A DNA stretch of 64,000 bases from an uncultured Methanosarcinales archaeon (GCA_963843555.1 CAWJKV010000014.1:64001-128000); one strand, 5' to 3'. Numbered from the stretch's first letter, positions 9,523-20,331 are shown. Program-made: numbers and translations. The notes: generated by a model from the sequence alone, not told the origin.

Positions 9523-10326
9523 ATGGTCGAAGATCTTAAGAGAGCTATCCGGAAAAGATGCAAGAAGATGGAGATACCGCTTGTAGGAGTGGCCAGTGTG
9601 GAACAGTGGAAGGACCCCCCGTTTCTCCCCTGGATGCCAGAGGAGTTCTTTCCGCAGTCGATATATCCTGAAGCACGGTCGGTGATAGTCATAGGCCTGC
9701 CGGTCAGCCTGCCGGTGCTGGAGACCTCGCCCTCCATTTTCTACCGGGAGCTGTACAATACTGTGAACGGCTTGCTGGACCAGTACACCTACCGTCTGGC
9801 CAATTTTCTCAATGATTCAGGCCACCCATCCGTCTTCGTCCCTAGAGACGGATATTTCGGCATCAAGGCGTTGCTGAAAAATCCGGTGGCATTCTTCTCA
9901 CACCGCCATGCTGCCTATCTGGCAGGCCTGGGCACCTTCGGTGTGAATAACATGCTGCTCACATCAGAGTTCGGACCGCGGGTGCGCTTTGGCTCCGTTT
10001 TCACGTCAGCCGAGCTGGAGCCGGATCTACTCCAGGAAGGCCAGCTCTGCACCAGATGCATGCGCTGCGTGAAGATGTGCCCGGCAAACGCGCTGAATGA
10101 GAAGGACTATCCTCGAGGATTGACCGACAAGAAGACCTGCGCTGAGCACAGCAATGAGCTGAACCGGCAGGGCATCTCTCCCTGCGGAATCTGCATCAAG
10201 GTCTGTCCGGTGGGCGAAGACCGCAGGCTTTACAATCGGATGGATGCTTCGATCTACTCCAAGAGAGACCGATTCCTGGATAAGCATAGGGCATGGGAAC
10301 ATGTCAGGTCCTATGGCGGGATTTGA
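9523..10326 (+). CDS. QueG/reductive-dehalogenase-like 4Fe-4S protein
   Basis: FSHRHAAYLAGLG..FGPRVRF; CTRCMRCVKMCP and CGICIKVCP. Confidence 0.85.
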   Translation: MVEDLKRAIRKRCKKMEIPLVGVASVEQWKDPPFLPWMPEEFFPQSIYPEARSVIVIGLPVSLPVLETSPSIFYRELYNTVNGLLDQYTYRLANFLNDSGHPSVFVPRDGYFGIKALLKNPVAFFSHRHAAYLAGLGTFGVNNMLLTSEFGPRVRFGSVFTSAELEPDLLQEGQLCTRCMRCVKMCPANALNEKDYPRGLTDKKTCAEHSNELNRQGISPCGICIKVCPVGEDRRLYNRMDASIYSKRDRFLDKHRAWEHVRSYGGI

Positions 10327-10596
10327 ATGGCCCTGGAAGTGCAAGATCTATTCTGTATAAATTGCTTTTCTCTGTGGTGCCATGTCTCTCCGAGCTTCCC
10401 TCGGGCTCCAGCGGCTTCGCCCTCGCGGCAGCGGAAGCTCATGCCCAACGCGCGTCTGGCAACCAGGCACTCTTCTTCGGCCCGAATCCTGAGGCGAATG
10501 ATTTGCTCCAAAATATCATAATTAATCAACATTCTTCTCAAGCGAAAGATATGGCGACAGATAAGACCAAATACAAGGAGCGAAGATGAATACTCA

Positions 10597-11355
10597 ATGA
10601 AAAGGCTAACAGCCTACATCTCGGGCAATATACAGAAAGTGGGCTATCGCAAGAGAATTATCGATATTGCCAGAGCCTTCGGCCTCAAAGGAATGATTGA
10701 GAATCTTGATGACGGTAGAGTTAAGATTATCGCTGAAGGAGATGATGAAAAGCTCGAATGGTTTGAACATGCCATCGAAATCAAGAACACTCTCATTCAG
10801 GTATCTCAGGTAGAGAAAACATATAGCTCATCAGGTGGCGACTTTGCCAAATTTGGCAAATTAGTGGACGAAGGGGAGACGGACTCTCGACTTGATAAGG
10901 GCATTGGGGTCATGAATGAGATGCTTGTTGCCATTAAGCAAGTAAATACGACCCTGGTTGATATGAACTTAAATCTGGGTGGAAAAATGGATGATCTCAG
11001 CTGCAAAATGGACGAAGTAAATGAGAATCTGGGCGGCAAGATAGATCGATTGGATGGAAATCTGGGCGGCAAGATAGATAGCCTGGGCGGCAAGATGGAC
11101 AAAGTAAATGAAAACCTAGGCAGCAAGATAGACCGATTGGATGGAAATCTGGGCGGCAAGTTGAATCGCATGCTTCAAAACCAGGATGATTTTCTCTTGG
11201 AAGTCAAAGAAATCGGCCTAAATGGGGATGAGCTTCTTGTCGAAGTTAGGGATATTAACAAGAAGATCGATAAGGTCCGAGACAATGAAATCATTGAAAT
11301 GAAAAACGATATTGCAGAAGTTAAAGCCGCATTGAGGGCCAAAGGAATTATCTAA
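10597..11355 (+). CDS. Acylphosphatase with C-terminal coiled-coil repeats (paralog 1)
   Basis: GNIQKVGYR..GMIENLDDGRV; NLGGKIDRLDG repeats. Confidence 0.85.
   Translation: MKRLTAYISGNIQKVGYRKRIIDIARAFGLKGMIENLDDGRVKIIAEGDDEKLEWFEHAIEIKNTLIQVSQVEKTYSSSGGDFAKFGKLVDEGETDSRLDKGIGVMNEMLVAIKQVNTTLVDMNLNLGGKMDDLSCKMDEVNENLGGKIDRLDGNLGGKIDSLGGKMDKVNENLGSKIDRLDGNLGGKLNRMLQNQDDFLLEVKEIGLNGDELLVEVRDINKKIDKVRDNEIIEMKNDIAEVKAALRAKGII
10972..11160 (+). repeat. Intragenic imperfect tandem repeat (18+11 aa units, 87-bp superperiod)
   Basis: AATCTGGGCGGCAAG-like motif recurs about 6 times. Confidence 0.8.
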
Positions 11356-11504
11356 GGTCTGTACCTGGACTCGCATGCATATGAAACTGCAAGCCTTATA
11401 CCCACAAATTCTACAATCCCGATTCTCAAATCCAGGTCTTATAAACAAACCTGATCTTGTAAATGAACTTTATCATGCGATCTTAATCATATATCGGAAG
11501 TCGT

Positions 11505-14372
11505 TCACACCGCTCTCTTTCGCCCAGTCGTCAATTTTCTGGAACAGGAAGGGGCCTTTGAAAGCCTTCCTTTCAAGAAACTCCCCGTATGGCTCTCTTT
11601 CACTTCAGCCACCTCCTCAGGTGTGCCTGTGGCTACAATCTGCCCGCCCGCATTCCCGCCCTCGGGTCCCATGTCGATAATGTAGTCGGCCGACTTGATC
11701 ACATCCAGATTGTGCTCGATTACAACAACAGTGTTGCCCCTGGCTACCAGGTCGTCCAGCACTGATATGAGCCTCTTCACATCCTCGAAGTGCAGCCCCG
11801 TGGTCGGCTCGTCCAGCAGGTAGATGGTCCTGCCCGTCGCCTTCTTGGCCAGCTCCCGGGTGAGCTTGATCCTCTGGGCCTCTCCTCCGGAAAGGGTCGT
11901 CGAGCTCTGGCCCAGCTTGATGTACCCAAGGCCGACACCCAGCAGAGTGTCGAGCTTGTTTCGAATGCACGGGATGTTCTGGAAATGTTCCCGCCCCTCC
12001 TCGACAGTCATATCCAGGACCTGGGCAATGGACTTTCCTTTATATTTGACCTCCAGGGTCTCCCGGTTGTAGCGGGTTCCTTTGCACTCCTCGCATTCGA
12101 TGTAAACGTCCGGCAAGAAGTTCATCTCGATCTTGATCAGCCCATCCCCATGGCAAGCCTCGCACCGTCCGCCCTGCACATTGAAGGAGAAGCGACCGCC
12201 CTTATAGCCTCTCACTCTGGCCTCCTTGGTCTCGGCAAAGGCTTGCCGGATGGGGTCGAAGACCTTGGTGTAGGTCGCCGGATTGGATCGAGGCGTCCTT
12301 CCGATAGGGCTCTGATCTATGACTATGACTTTGTCGATCTCAGAGTCGAACAAGAGCTCGTCGTACTCCCCTGGAGCCTCGCTAGACCTGTAGATCTTCT
12401 TCATCAGAGCCCGGTAGAGAGTATCGTAGATCAGTGTGGACTTGCCCGATCCCGAGACTCCGGTGATGGCCGTCAGGACGCCGATGGGAATAGCCGCATC
12501 TATATTCTTCAAATTATTCTCCCGGCATCCTATGAGGCGGACGAAGGAGCGGCTTTTTCTTCGGCTGGCCGGAACCTCGATCCTCTTCTGGCCGGATAGG
12601 TACTGGCCTGTCAGTGACGCCGGGTTCTTCTCGATATCCTCAGGAGTCCCCTCAGCCACTACATAGCCACCATGGATTCCTGCCCCCGGTCCAATGTCCA
12701 GCACATGATCTGCGTTGCGAATGGTCTCCTCGTCATGCTCTACTACTATGAGGGTATTTCCGAGCTCACGAAGCTTCTTCAGAGTCTCGATCAGACGGGC
12801 GTTGTCGCGCTGGTGAAGGCCGATGGAGGGCTCATCCAGGACGTAGAGAACGCCGGTGAGGTTTGAGCCGATCTGAGTGGCCAGGCGAATGCGCTGCGCT
12901 TCTCCTCCGGAGAGGGTTCCCGCGTTTCGGGATAGAGTGAGGTAGCCCAGACCCACGTGCTCCAAAAATCCGAGACGGGAGCGGATCTCCTTCATTATCT
13001 GGCGAGCTATCTCCAGCTCTTTTAGAGAGAGCCTGCCCTGCAATGTTTCGAAGAAAGCGATGCAATCACCGATGGAAAGGTCGGTTACATCAACAATGGA
13101 CTTTCCGGCTACGCTCACGGCGAGCACCTTCTCCTTCAACCTCCGGCCGTTGCAGGCCGGGCAGGGCAAGACCCGCATGAACTTCTCCAGCTCTTCACGC
13201 CGGTATTCGGAGTTCGTCTGGCCGTAGAGCCGCAGGCTTTGCGGTATCAGGCCCTCCCACTGAGAATTGTGCGACCAGTAGGCGTCTCCATTCTTCATGC
13301 TCATGTTGAATCGAATGCGTTCATCCGATCCGTACATCAGGGCGTTATTCTGCTCTTCTGTCAGGTTTTTCAATGGCGTGAAGATATCGAAGCCGAAGTG
13401 CTTGGCGACTGCCGTGAGGTGCTGACCCCGCCAGCCGTCGATGGCATTGCGATAGAGGGCCACAGCCCCATCAGCGATACATAGCTCCCTATCGGGTATG
13501 ATCAGATCCGGATCAAACTCCATGCGAATGCCCAGACCGTTGCAGGACTCGCAGGCTCCAAAGGGGCTGTTGAAGGAGAACATGCGGGGCTGCAGCTCTT
13601 CGAAGGCCATACCGCAGACCGGGCAGGCCATCTTTGCCGAGTAGAGGCGCTCGTTCCCTTTTGCATCCAGGACTATGACCAGACCTTCGGCCTTCTTGAG
13701 AGCATTCTCAATGGACTCCACCAGACGCGATCTATCCTCGGACGGATCCAAACGATCCATGACAACTTCTATATCATGCTTCTTGTAGCGGTCGAGCTCG
13801 ATCTCCTCGTCGGTCCTCTGGATAACGCCGTTCACCCGCACCCTGGCGAAACCCTCTCCATTCAGGTCTATTAGGAGCTGGCCGTAGGTTCCCTTCTTCT
13901 GCCGGACCACGGGAGCGAGAATTGTGACCTGACCTCCGCTGCCGGTCTCGCTGAGGACACTATCGGCGATCCTATCCGGCGACTGGGATTCGATGCGAAT
14001 GCCGTGCACGGGGCAATGGGGAATGCCGATGCGGGCAAAGAGCAGCCGCAAGTAGTCATAGATCTCAGTAACGGTTCCCACAGTGCTGCGAGGGTTCTTG
14101 GAGGTCGTCTTCTGTTCGATGGAGATGGCCGGGGAAAGCCCTTCAATGCTATCGACATCCGGCTTGTCCATCTGCCCCAGGAACTGGCGAGCGTAAGCCG
14201 ATAGAGATTCGACGTAGCGGCGCTGGCCCTCGGCGTAGATGGTGTCGAATGCCAATGTGGATTTGCCCGAGCCTGATACGCCGGTGATGACGATGAAACG
14301 GTCTCGGGGAAGCTCGACGGTGATATCCTTCAGGTTGTGCTCGCGGGCACCTTTGATTAATATCGATTTCAT
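11505..14372 (-). CDS. uvrA: Excinuclease ABC subunit A
   Basis: GAREHNLK, two GVSGSGKS Walker A motifs, LSGGEAQR twice, zinc fingers. Confidence 0.99.
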   Translation of the reverse strand: MKSILIKGAREHNLKDITVELPRDRFIVITGVSGSGKSTLAFDTIYAEGQRRYVESLSAYARQFLGQMDKPDVDSIEGLSPAISIEQKTTSKNPRSTVGTVTEIYDYLRLLFARIGIPHCPVHGIRIESQSPDRIADSVLSETGSGGQVTILAPVVRQKKGTYGQLLIDLNGEGFARVRVNGVIQRTDEEIELDRYKKHDIEVVMDRLDPSEDRSRLVESIENALKKAEGLVIVLDAKGNERLYSAKMACPVCGMAFEELQPRMFSFNSPFGACESCNGLGIRMEFDPDLIIPDRELCIADGAVALYRNAIDGWRGQHLTAVAKHFGFDIFTPLKNLTEEQNNALMYGSDERIRFNMSMKNGDAYWSHNSQWEGLIPQSLRLYGQTNSEYRREELEKFMRVLPCPACNGRRLKEKVLAVSVAGKSIVDVTDLSIGDCIAFFETLQGRLSLKELEIARQIMKEIRSRLGFLEHVGLGYLTLSRNAGTLSGGEAQRIRLATQIGSNLTGVLYVLDEPSIGLHQRDNARLIETLKKLRELGNTLIVVEHDEETIRNADHVLDIGPGAGIHGGYVVAEGTPEDIEKNPASLTGQYLSGQKRIEVPASRRKSRSFVRLIGCRENNLKNIDAAIPIGVLTAITGVSGSGKSTLIYDTLYRALMKKIYRSSEAPGEYDELLFDSEIDKVIVIDQSPIGRTPRSNPATYTKVFDPIRQAFAETKEARVRGYKGGRFSFNVQGGRCEACHGDGLIKIEMNFLPDVYIECEECKGTRYNRETLEVKYKGKSIAQVLDMTVEEGREHFQNIPCIRNKLDTLLGVGLGYIKLGQSSTTLSGGEAQRIKLTRELAKKATGRTIYLLDEPTTGLHFEDVKRLISVLDDLVARGNTVVVIEHNLDVIKSADYIIDMGPEGGNAGGQIVATGTPEEVAEVKESHTGSFLKGRLSKAPSCSRKLTTGRKRAV

Positions 14373-14504
14373 TTTAGCTTCTCACTGGATTCTGCGAATT
14401 GAAGAGCTAATGAGGACTTATGGGACTAATCCTTTTCGGCCATCCATAAATCGGCATTTAACCGTGAACGTGAACTCAATCAATTGAAAAATATGCGAAT
14501 CAAG

Positions 14505-15497
14505 TCAAATATCTCGATGGGATGCAATATCGCAACCCGTGCACGGCAGGCACATGGTCTCTGCCAGATCTGCCCTCAGGTCGTAATCTTTCAGCACTTT
14601 TCTGGTTATCCTGGCAAGCTTGAGAAGCCTATCGGCTGACGGCCTCTTGACTTCAGCTTCCCCCTTTCTTAATGGATGAGGCGATATTGGCCTCAAATTA
14701 GGTATGACGCCCATCTTTGCCAGTTTGGTTACTCCCGCCTCAACGCAATCGTCACTCTCGCCCAGGCCCAGGATGATGTTAGAGGAGACTCTGTTTTTCC
14801 CGAATATCTCCACGGCCTTCTTCAGGGACTTGAGTAGATATTCTAGAGATAAACCAGGGCAAATCCTGGCGAAGATCTCCGAATCCATGGTCTCCACGTT
14901 ATATTTAATCTCCGTTGCACCGGCTTGCTTCAGCTCCTCTGAGGATGTATCAGTAGGATAAACCGAAACGCCAATTGGCAAGTCATATCGCGCCCTCAGG
15001 ATCTTCACAATCGACACCGCTTTCCTGACCTCGTCTTCAGGCGACCTCTCCACTCCGCTGGTGAGAGAAATAGCTTTCAGCTGCCCTGTACGTTTGGCCT
15101 CCTCTACGAGTTGCAGGATTTCATCCGGGACCTTTACCTCTCCGTTGAGTTTAGGAACCGGGCAGAACTTGCAGTCATAAATGCAGCATCCGCTTATGGT
15201 CAGGTAGGCCTGCTCAGGGCAGTGGCTGAGAGCCGGCTCCAGCTTGCCGGTGACAATGGGTCTTCCATCTTTAATCACCACAACATCCGTGTAGCATCTG
15301 ATCACCTTGAAGGGAGAGTCCTTGTTGATGGAAAGCCTCACCCTGTGGCCGCCTGATTTGAGGAAGAAAGACTCCAGACCGGCTCCGGGTCCCGCGCTGG
15401 GTGTGGTTGTCCTGATAGCCTCCCGCAGCAAATCCTCGTCTATATCAGCGCTGCCGATGCTTACCAGCATTGCTTTAATCTCGGCATTCATCTCCAT
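14505..15497 (-). CDS. Radical SAM protein (biotin-synthase-related family)
   Basis: CxxxCxxC (CIYDCKFC); C-terminal CLPCTGC. Confidence 0.88.
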   Translation of the reverse strand: MEMNAEIKAMLVSIGSADIDEDLLREAIRTTTPSAGPGAGLESFFLKSGGHRVRLSINKDSPFKVIRCYTDVVVIKDGRPIVTGKLEPALSHCPEQAYLTISGCCIYDCKFCPVPKLNGEVKVPDEILQLVEEAKRTGQLKAISLTSGVERSPEDEVRKAVSIVKILRARYDLPIGVSVYPTDTSSEELKQAGATEIKYNVETMDSEIFARICPGLSLEYLLKSLKKAVEIFGKNRVSSNIILGLGESDDCVEAGVTKLAKMGVIPNLRPISPHPLRKGEAEVKRPSADRLLKLARITRKVLKDYDLRADLAETMCLPCTGCDIASHRDI

Positions 15498-15687
15498 GTT
15501 TGGGCCTCAAAATCAGTTTCCTGGATGGAATACAATTGATTCACAATTGTGAATGGATCATTTGAAGTGGATTGATATTTAAATAACGGCAATGCGGCAA
15601 AAACAAAAAGAGTTCAGTGACGGCTCTGCACCCCAACCTCTGCAGGACTGCAGCTCAGCCAAAAGCAGCGAAAATTGCCGCTACCCG

Positions 15688-15699
15688 TAAGTATTAAAG
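15688..15699 (+). promoter_or_regulatory. Putative TATA box for the tRNA-Cys/cysS transcript
   Basis: TAAGTATTAAAG about 30-40 nt upstream of the tRNA 5' end. Confidence 0.45.
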
Positions 15700-15729
15700 C
15701 ATCCTATTCTTCAGTTGAGAGATAGAGGT

Positions 15730-15800
15730 GCCGGGGTGACTGACCGGCTAAGTGCGCGGCTGCAGACCGCGAGAATTGGGTTCGACTCCCAACCCCGGCC
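15730..15800 (+). tRNA. tRNA-Cys(GCA) or tRNA-Cys-like element
   Basis: Acceptor GCCGGGG/CCCCGGC; D-arm ACT/AGT; anticodon arm CGCGG-CTGCAGA-CCGCG; T-arm TTGGG-TTCGACT-CCCAA; no encoded CCA. Confidence 0.88.
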
Positions 15801-15802
15801 TC

Positions 15803-17206
15803 ATGAAGATCCAAAGTACCATGACTGGAAACAAGGAGAATTTCCAGCCCATTCATAATAATCGCATCAATCTATTTGTCTGCGGTCCCACTGTCTATGA
15901 CGATTCACATATAGGCCACGCCAGAACCTACATCGCCTTCGATGTGGTGGCACGCTATCTCGAGTTCAAGGGCTATAGCGTCTTCTACCTGCAGAACATC
16001 ACCGATGTAGACGACAAGATCATCAAGAGGGCCATAGAGAGGGGCGAAAGTCCACGGTCGCTGGCGAGGAGGTTCGAAGAGAGATATCTGGAAGACATGC
16101 GTAGGCTGGGCGTTACCAACGTCAACTATTATGCTCGCGCCACAGAACATATCCCTGAGATCATCAGTCAGATAGAGAGATTGGTCGAGTTGGGTTTTGC
16201 CTACGAGACAAAGACCGGCATCTACTTCGATGAATCCCGTTTCGAAGATTTTGGAAAGCTCTCCCATCAGACGGCTGATGACCTGGAGAAGCACAGAATT
16301 GAGCCGGATCCGACGAAGAGAAATCCGGGAGACTTCTCTCTCTGGAAAAAGCGGCAGGACGGAGAGGAGGTGACCTGGAATTCTCCCTGGGGACCGGGCC
16401 GGCCCGGATGGCATATAGAGGACACGGCTATTACCGAGACCTATTTCGGAGCGCAGTATGATATCCATGGCGGTGCTATGGACCTGATCTTCCCTCATCA
16501 CGAGGCGGAGATCGCCCAGATGGAGGCGACTTCAGGGAAAAAGCCGCTGGTGAGATACTGGATGCACACCGGCTTTCTCAATGTCAGGGGCGAGAAGATG
16601 TCCAAGTCCCTGGGAAACTTCACAACCATTCGGGATATGCTGCAAAAATATGATGCGGATTCTTTCCGATTCTTCGTTCTTCTGGCCCACTACAGAAGCC
16701 CCATAGACTTCTCTGAGGAGGCTTTAGAGCAGGCTAAGAAGAGCCTGGAGCGGATAAAACAGGCCGCGAAGATCATTGAGGAGCAATTGGAAAGGGCCCC
16801 CGAGATGGAGTTTGAATCCATCGCTCCCGGAGAGGTAGATCCCATCGTGGCCCTGGCCAAAGCCAAATTCCTGGAATCCATGGATAACGATTTCAATACG
16901 CCTTACGCCCTGAGAGCCGTTTTCGACATGGTAAGGGAAGTAAATCGTCGCATCAATGAGAAGACCATTTCTCGAAAGGGATTGCAAGATGCCAGCCTTC
17001 AGCTTCGGGAATTTGGAGAGACACTCGGGCTGGGCTTCCATGCAGCAGGCAAAAAGCCAGCGGAAAAGGCAGATGATGTGACTGGCAATCTGATCGAGCT
17101 CCTGACCGAAACAAGGCAAAAGCTCCGCGAGAAAAAGGAGTGGCAGCTTGCTGATGAGATTCGAGCCAGGTTGAATGAGCTGAATATAGTCATTGAGGAC
17201 GCATAG
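15803..17206 (+). CDS. cysS: Cysteinyl-tRNA synthetase
   Basis: CGPTVY..HIGHAR, GRPGWHIED, FPHHEAE, KMSKS. True start is ATG 15803 (MKIQSTMTG matches the usual MKIYNTLT N-terminus). Confidence 0.98.
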   Translation: MKIQSTMTGNKENFQPIHNNRINLFVCGPTVYDDSHIGHARTYIAFDVVARYLEFKGYSVFYLQNITDVDDKIIKRAIERGESPRSLARRFEERYLEDMRRLGVTNVNYYARATEHIPEIISQIERLVELGFAYETKTGIYFDESRFEDFGKLSHQTADDLEKHRIEPDPTKRNPGDFSLWKKRQDGEEVTWNSPWGPGRPGWHIEDTAITETYFGAQYDIHGGAMDLIFPHHEAEIAQMEATSGKKPLVRYWMHTGFLNVRGEKMSKSLGNFTTIRDMLQKYDADSFRFFVLLAHYRSPIDFSEEALEQAKKSLERIKQAAKIIEEQLERAPEMEFESIAPGEVDPIVALAKAKFLESMDNDFNTPYALRAVFDMVREVNRRINEKTISRKGLQDASLQLREFGETLGLGFHAAGKKPAEKADDVTGNLIELLTETRQKLREKKEWQLADEIRARLNELNIVIEDA

Positions 17207-17453
17207 AAGGCAATGGAAGTACGCGATTGAAGGTAGACGATGGATTAGAGAGAAGAGTCAAGGAGAATTGACACTCAATCTGATATTCTCAAGTCCGATT
17301 CTGCTATAGATGCAATTCCTCATTTTCCGGTATTCAGTATGCAGATCGAACAAAAGGATTTGAAGGATGATGCAATTTCTGCCGCAAAAAATAGCATAAT
17401 AGTGCTCTTGATATATGATATCATTCAAGCGGCTCCGAATATCTAAGAGTCAA

Positions 17454-17717
17454 CTACATCTTTTCCATCATCTTTAGAGCATCTTCAAGCGGCAATGCAG
17501 GAGTTACGTGTGCTATTCCCAGCTCCGCGAAAGCATGTGTTATCCTCAGGATGGATTCTTCGCTTGGAGCTTCGAATATTGCTACAGAGATGTGCCTGCC
17601 GATAAGGAGATATCTCCCTATGACTTTTACTTCTTCTGGGAACTTGAATTCTCTCCAGCGCGCCAGCAGTTTTGCTTTATTTTCCGGTTTCCATTCGAAC
17701 CACAGTACAAACAGCAT
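17454..17717 (-). CDS. DUF3303/GYD-like small protein
   Basis: KFPEEVKVIGRY..AIFEAPSEE..HVTPAL pattern. Confidence 0.65.
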   Translation of the reverse strand: MLFVLWFEWKPENKAKLLARWREFKFPEEVKVIGRYLLIGRHISVAIFEAPSEESILRITHAFAELGIAHVTPALPLEDALKMMEKM

Positions 17718-17958
17718 TATTTCATCTCCCATTGAGTTATATAATGTTTATATGTTATAGATAGTCTATTAAACTTTCGGTGTAAATCGCATGTGAATAA
17801 TCAAACTTGATTATTGTTCGCGTTTGAAGTCAATAAAATTGCCTCATTAAAAAGTTATATATACCACTTGAGTTAACAATTGTGATCGGTGAGATGAAAA
17901 ATGAGGGATCGTTTTTGCTGACGCTGAATTCGAATCGCACAGCTCGAACCTAGACCGC

Positions 17959-18180
17959 TTGCCGCCATCGGCCAAGCTGGTTATCAAGGTTCTGGAATCA
18001 GGAAGCCTTTTGACCCAAAAGGAGATCATAAACAAGACCTACCTTCCAGCTAGAACCGTAAGATACGCCTTATCCAGGCTTAAGGAAGAGAACCTTCTCC
18101 TGCGAAGATTTTACTTCAGAGACGCGCGACAGAGCCTTTATGGCCTTAACGCACCCTCCCTTGAGGTGATGACTGCATAG
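17959..18180 (+). CDS. Small winged-HTH regulator; the true 5' end near 17893-17901 appears frameshifted
   Basis: LPPSAKLV..LTQKEI..LPARTVRYALSRL..DARQSLY; the frame is open upstream to about 17905, next to ATGAGGGATC. Confidence 0.8.
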   Translation: MPPSAKLVIKVLESGSLLTQKEIINKTYLPARTVRYALSRLKEENLLLRRFYFRDARQSLYGLNAPSLEVMTA

Positions 18181-18322
18181 CTATAGCTATAACTTCATCA
18201 CATATAACACATATAACTAATCTTTTTTTAAAAAAAAATACATAAAAATGACTCGAAATGCCTTGTGCAATTTTATTTATCATGACATCCAGATAATGAT
18301 TGGAGAAGATGGGAGAAATGAT

Positions 18323-18622
18323 ATGGATCATATAAAGGTGCAGTTAACTGGAAAGCAGGCAGATGGATACGTGATACCTCTGGGGCCAGTAGGTCTCATC
18401 AACGTGGTTACAGATGTAGGAATGGTGGGCTGCGGGGCCTTCGATGTCGCGGCCCTAAACAACTTCGGCTACCCGGCCGCGAAGGTCAGGCCCGCGAAAG
18501 GTAGCTCGATTGCCACTATCGAGGACCTTCTGCAGGGCATCGTCAAGGAAGTGAATCCCAGTGCGGAGAAGCTGGGATTGAAGGTTGGACTAACCGGAAG
18601 AGAAGCTCTCGAATTGCTTTAG
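18323..18622 (+). CDS. YunC/DUF1805 family protein
   Basis: GMVGCGAFDV..AAKV..DLL..GLTGREAL; followed by a T10 terminator-like tract. Confidence 0.8.
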   Translation: MDHIKVQLTGKQADGYVIPLGPVGLINVVTDVGMVGCGAFDVAALNNFGYPAAKVRPAKGSSIATIEDLLQGIVKEVNPSAEKLGLKVGLTGREALELL

Positions 18623-18667
18623 GGCATTTTTTTTTCTGAAACTGAGCGAATTCCTGGCACGGCTTGC

Positions 18668-19120
18668 TTACATTCCAGTCAGGTTCTTCACGTATGTGTT
18701 CATTTCCTTAACTTCTCCAATCACGTCTTTTACTTCCCATTTAATCTCCTTGACATCCTCTTTTATAGATTTTATGTCATCTTTCATCTCCAGAAGGATG
18801 GGTACAGCCTTTTCAACTATTTGGAATGTGGCAAAAATCTTGATATACTCTTCTATCCTCATCACCTCTCCTTCGTAGTCCTCTGTGACAGTATTTGATA
18901 CAATTGCTCTCGCTGGGGATTTTGTCTCGGCAAGCTTCCTGAAAGCATCAACCTCCTTCTCACCTCCATCTACTATGATCATCACTTGCTGCTCCTTCTC
19001 TCCTTCGAAGTTGTAGGCCTCGAACATTTTGATGCTGCATGCTATGGCTTTATTCATCAAAAAGTGCCTGTAGTCCACATTATGAACTCTTGGGCCATTG
19101 ATTACAATTTTGAGCTTCAT
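18668..19120 (-). CDS. Acylphosphatase-like protein with C-terminal coiled coil (paralog 2)
   Basis: GPRVHNVDYR; heptads MKDDIKSIKEDVKEIKWEVKDV. Confidence 0.75.
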   Translation of the reverse strand: MKLKIVINGPRVHNVDYRHFLMNKAIACSIKMFEAYNFEGEKEQQVMIIVDGGEKEVDAFRKLAETKSPARAIVSNTVTEDYEGEVMRIEEYIKIFATFQIVEKAVPILLEMKDDIKSIKEDVKEIKWEVKDVIGEVKEMNTYVKNLTGM

Positions 19121-19269
19121 TATCCTTTTTGATTGCAGTTTTAGGCAATAATCGTTTTGGATTGCCTGGCAGCAGTGTGGGCTGGATGGCTACATATTTT
19201 CTATTTTTCGCTTAATCCAGGCAAGTTTTGCCTTGATGCGAGTCTTTAAGGAGTTTTGCAGTAGTAATA

Positions 19270-19487
19270 GAAGATGGTGACCTAAAATGAGGTTTTATGT
19301 AGTTCCCTACACCGATACGACCAAGAGACTCCTTTTTTGAAGCAACCGGATTAAAGCGCGATTCTGTCATAAAGCTAAGCGTGTTGATAACCTTAAGGAA
19401 TGGTTCATTGATGGACTTTCGGAGATGTTGACAGCACTCTGAAAATTGAGATCAATGCGAAGCCTGGCTTCATGTTACAGACTCTGA
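19270..19487 (+). pseudogene. PemK/MazF-type toxin remnant
   Basis: Across frames: FFEATGLKRDSVIKLSVLITL..IDGL(F)GDVDSTLKIEINAK(L)ASCYRL*; upstream in-frame stops. Confidence 0.5.
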
Positions 19488-19574
19488 TTTACAAAATAGT
19501 GTCAAAGATGCAAAGCCTGGTCTTTATTTTCTGGATGTTCGGCCCAACAGTGTAAGTTCCAATTCCCGGTTCCT

Positions 19575-19710
19575 GGACTCGATCTCGGAAAATTGCATTT
19601 TGCTTACTGCTCATTACGTTGAGGCACCACGCGCGCAGGTGTTACGCGCGGGGGAAGGGGGCACCTCAACGCCGGGCAGGTTTGGTAGGATTTAAGGTGG
19701 TTATCTATCG
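19575..19710 (+). repeat. Dispersed GC-rich repeat, copy A
   Basis: Core CGCGCGCAGGTGTTACGCGCGGGGGAAGGGGGCACCTCAAC; stems CGTTGAGG/CCTCAACG and CGCGCG/CGCGCG. Confidence 0.6.
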
Positions 19711-19759
19711 GATATGGAATATATTTAGATCGTATTCTAAAGCCGAAGCCCCAAATGTT

Positions 19760-20122
19760 TCAGCGATATCCACTGACATTACCATTTTCTGCCGAAGGAC
19801 CCTCATCAGAACCGCTCAGAAGGTATGAATAATTTGGAGCAATTTTCTCCAAGACATGTGCCGCCTTATCATATGCCTGGTCATGATGATCAAACCACAG
19901 GAATACGATTTTATCTCCAGCGATCATATAGACGATGACAAAGGGATTGATGTGAACTCCCCCTGTCATCTTCAATCTGTGCTTTTTCGGCACCCCTATT
20001 TCAGGGTTAATAAGTATTTGATCGATCTTCTTGATCGCCTTCTCTCGCAGAGCCTTATCTTTTCTGGTTAGCTTCTCGAACTGCTCGGCAAAATCTGGAA
20101 CGAACTCATATTCGAATTTCAT
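19760..20122 (-). CDS. RelE/ParE family toxin
   Basis: FAEQFEKL..KKIDQILINPEIG..VHINPFVIVY..FDHHDQAY. Confidence 0.8.
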   Translation of the reverse strand: MKFEYEFVPDFAEQFEKLTRKDKALREKAIKKIDQILINPEIGVPKKHRLKMTGGVHINPFVIVYMIAGDKIVFLWFDHHDQAYDKAAHVLEKIAPNYSYLLSGSDEGPSAENGNVSGYR

Positions 20123-20136
20123 AGAAAAGACGATAG

Positions 20137-20331
20137 CTAGAGGTTTCGAAGATAATTCAGGAAATCCTCTTTATCCTTAAATGTCTTGCCGAGACCTGCT
20201 TCAAACTGCTCTATCCCCTTTCGTATATGGTCTTCAAATTCGGCGAGCTTTTGCGCCTCTTCATCTTTTAGGTGCTCTTCGTTCTCATGGGCGTTTCTCG
20301 CTTGCTTTGCATTAAGGCAATCTGAGCACAT
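20137..20331 (-). CDS. Putative antitoxin
   Basis: Small acidic ORF directly upstream of the toxin; IRKGIEQFEAG..KTF..EDFLNYL. Confidence 0.7.
   Translation of the reverse strand: MCSDCLNAKQARNAHENEEHLKDEEAQKLAEFEDHIRKGIEQFEAGLGKTFKDKEDFLNYLRNL

Noticed and set aside
9523..10326. True epoxyqueuosine reductase (queG)
   Set aside because: Archaea use archaeosine rather than queuosine; only the fold family can be supported.
11790..12599. Long antisense ORFs inside uvrA (likewise 57993-59108 in cdc48 and 60550-61578 in lonB)
   Set aside because: Shadow ORFs produced by the codon bias of conserved genes.
15752..15802. N-terminal extension of CysRS from GTG 15752 given in the ORF track
   Set aside because: It lies inside the tRNA cloverleaf; the conserved CysRS N-terminus begins at ATG 15803.
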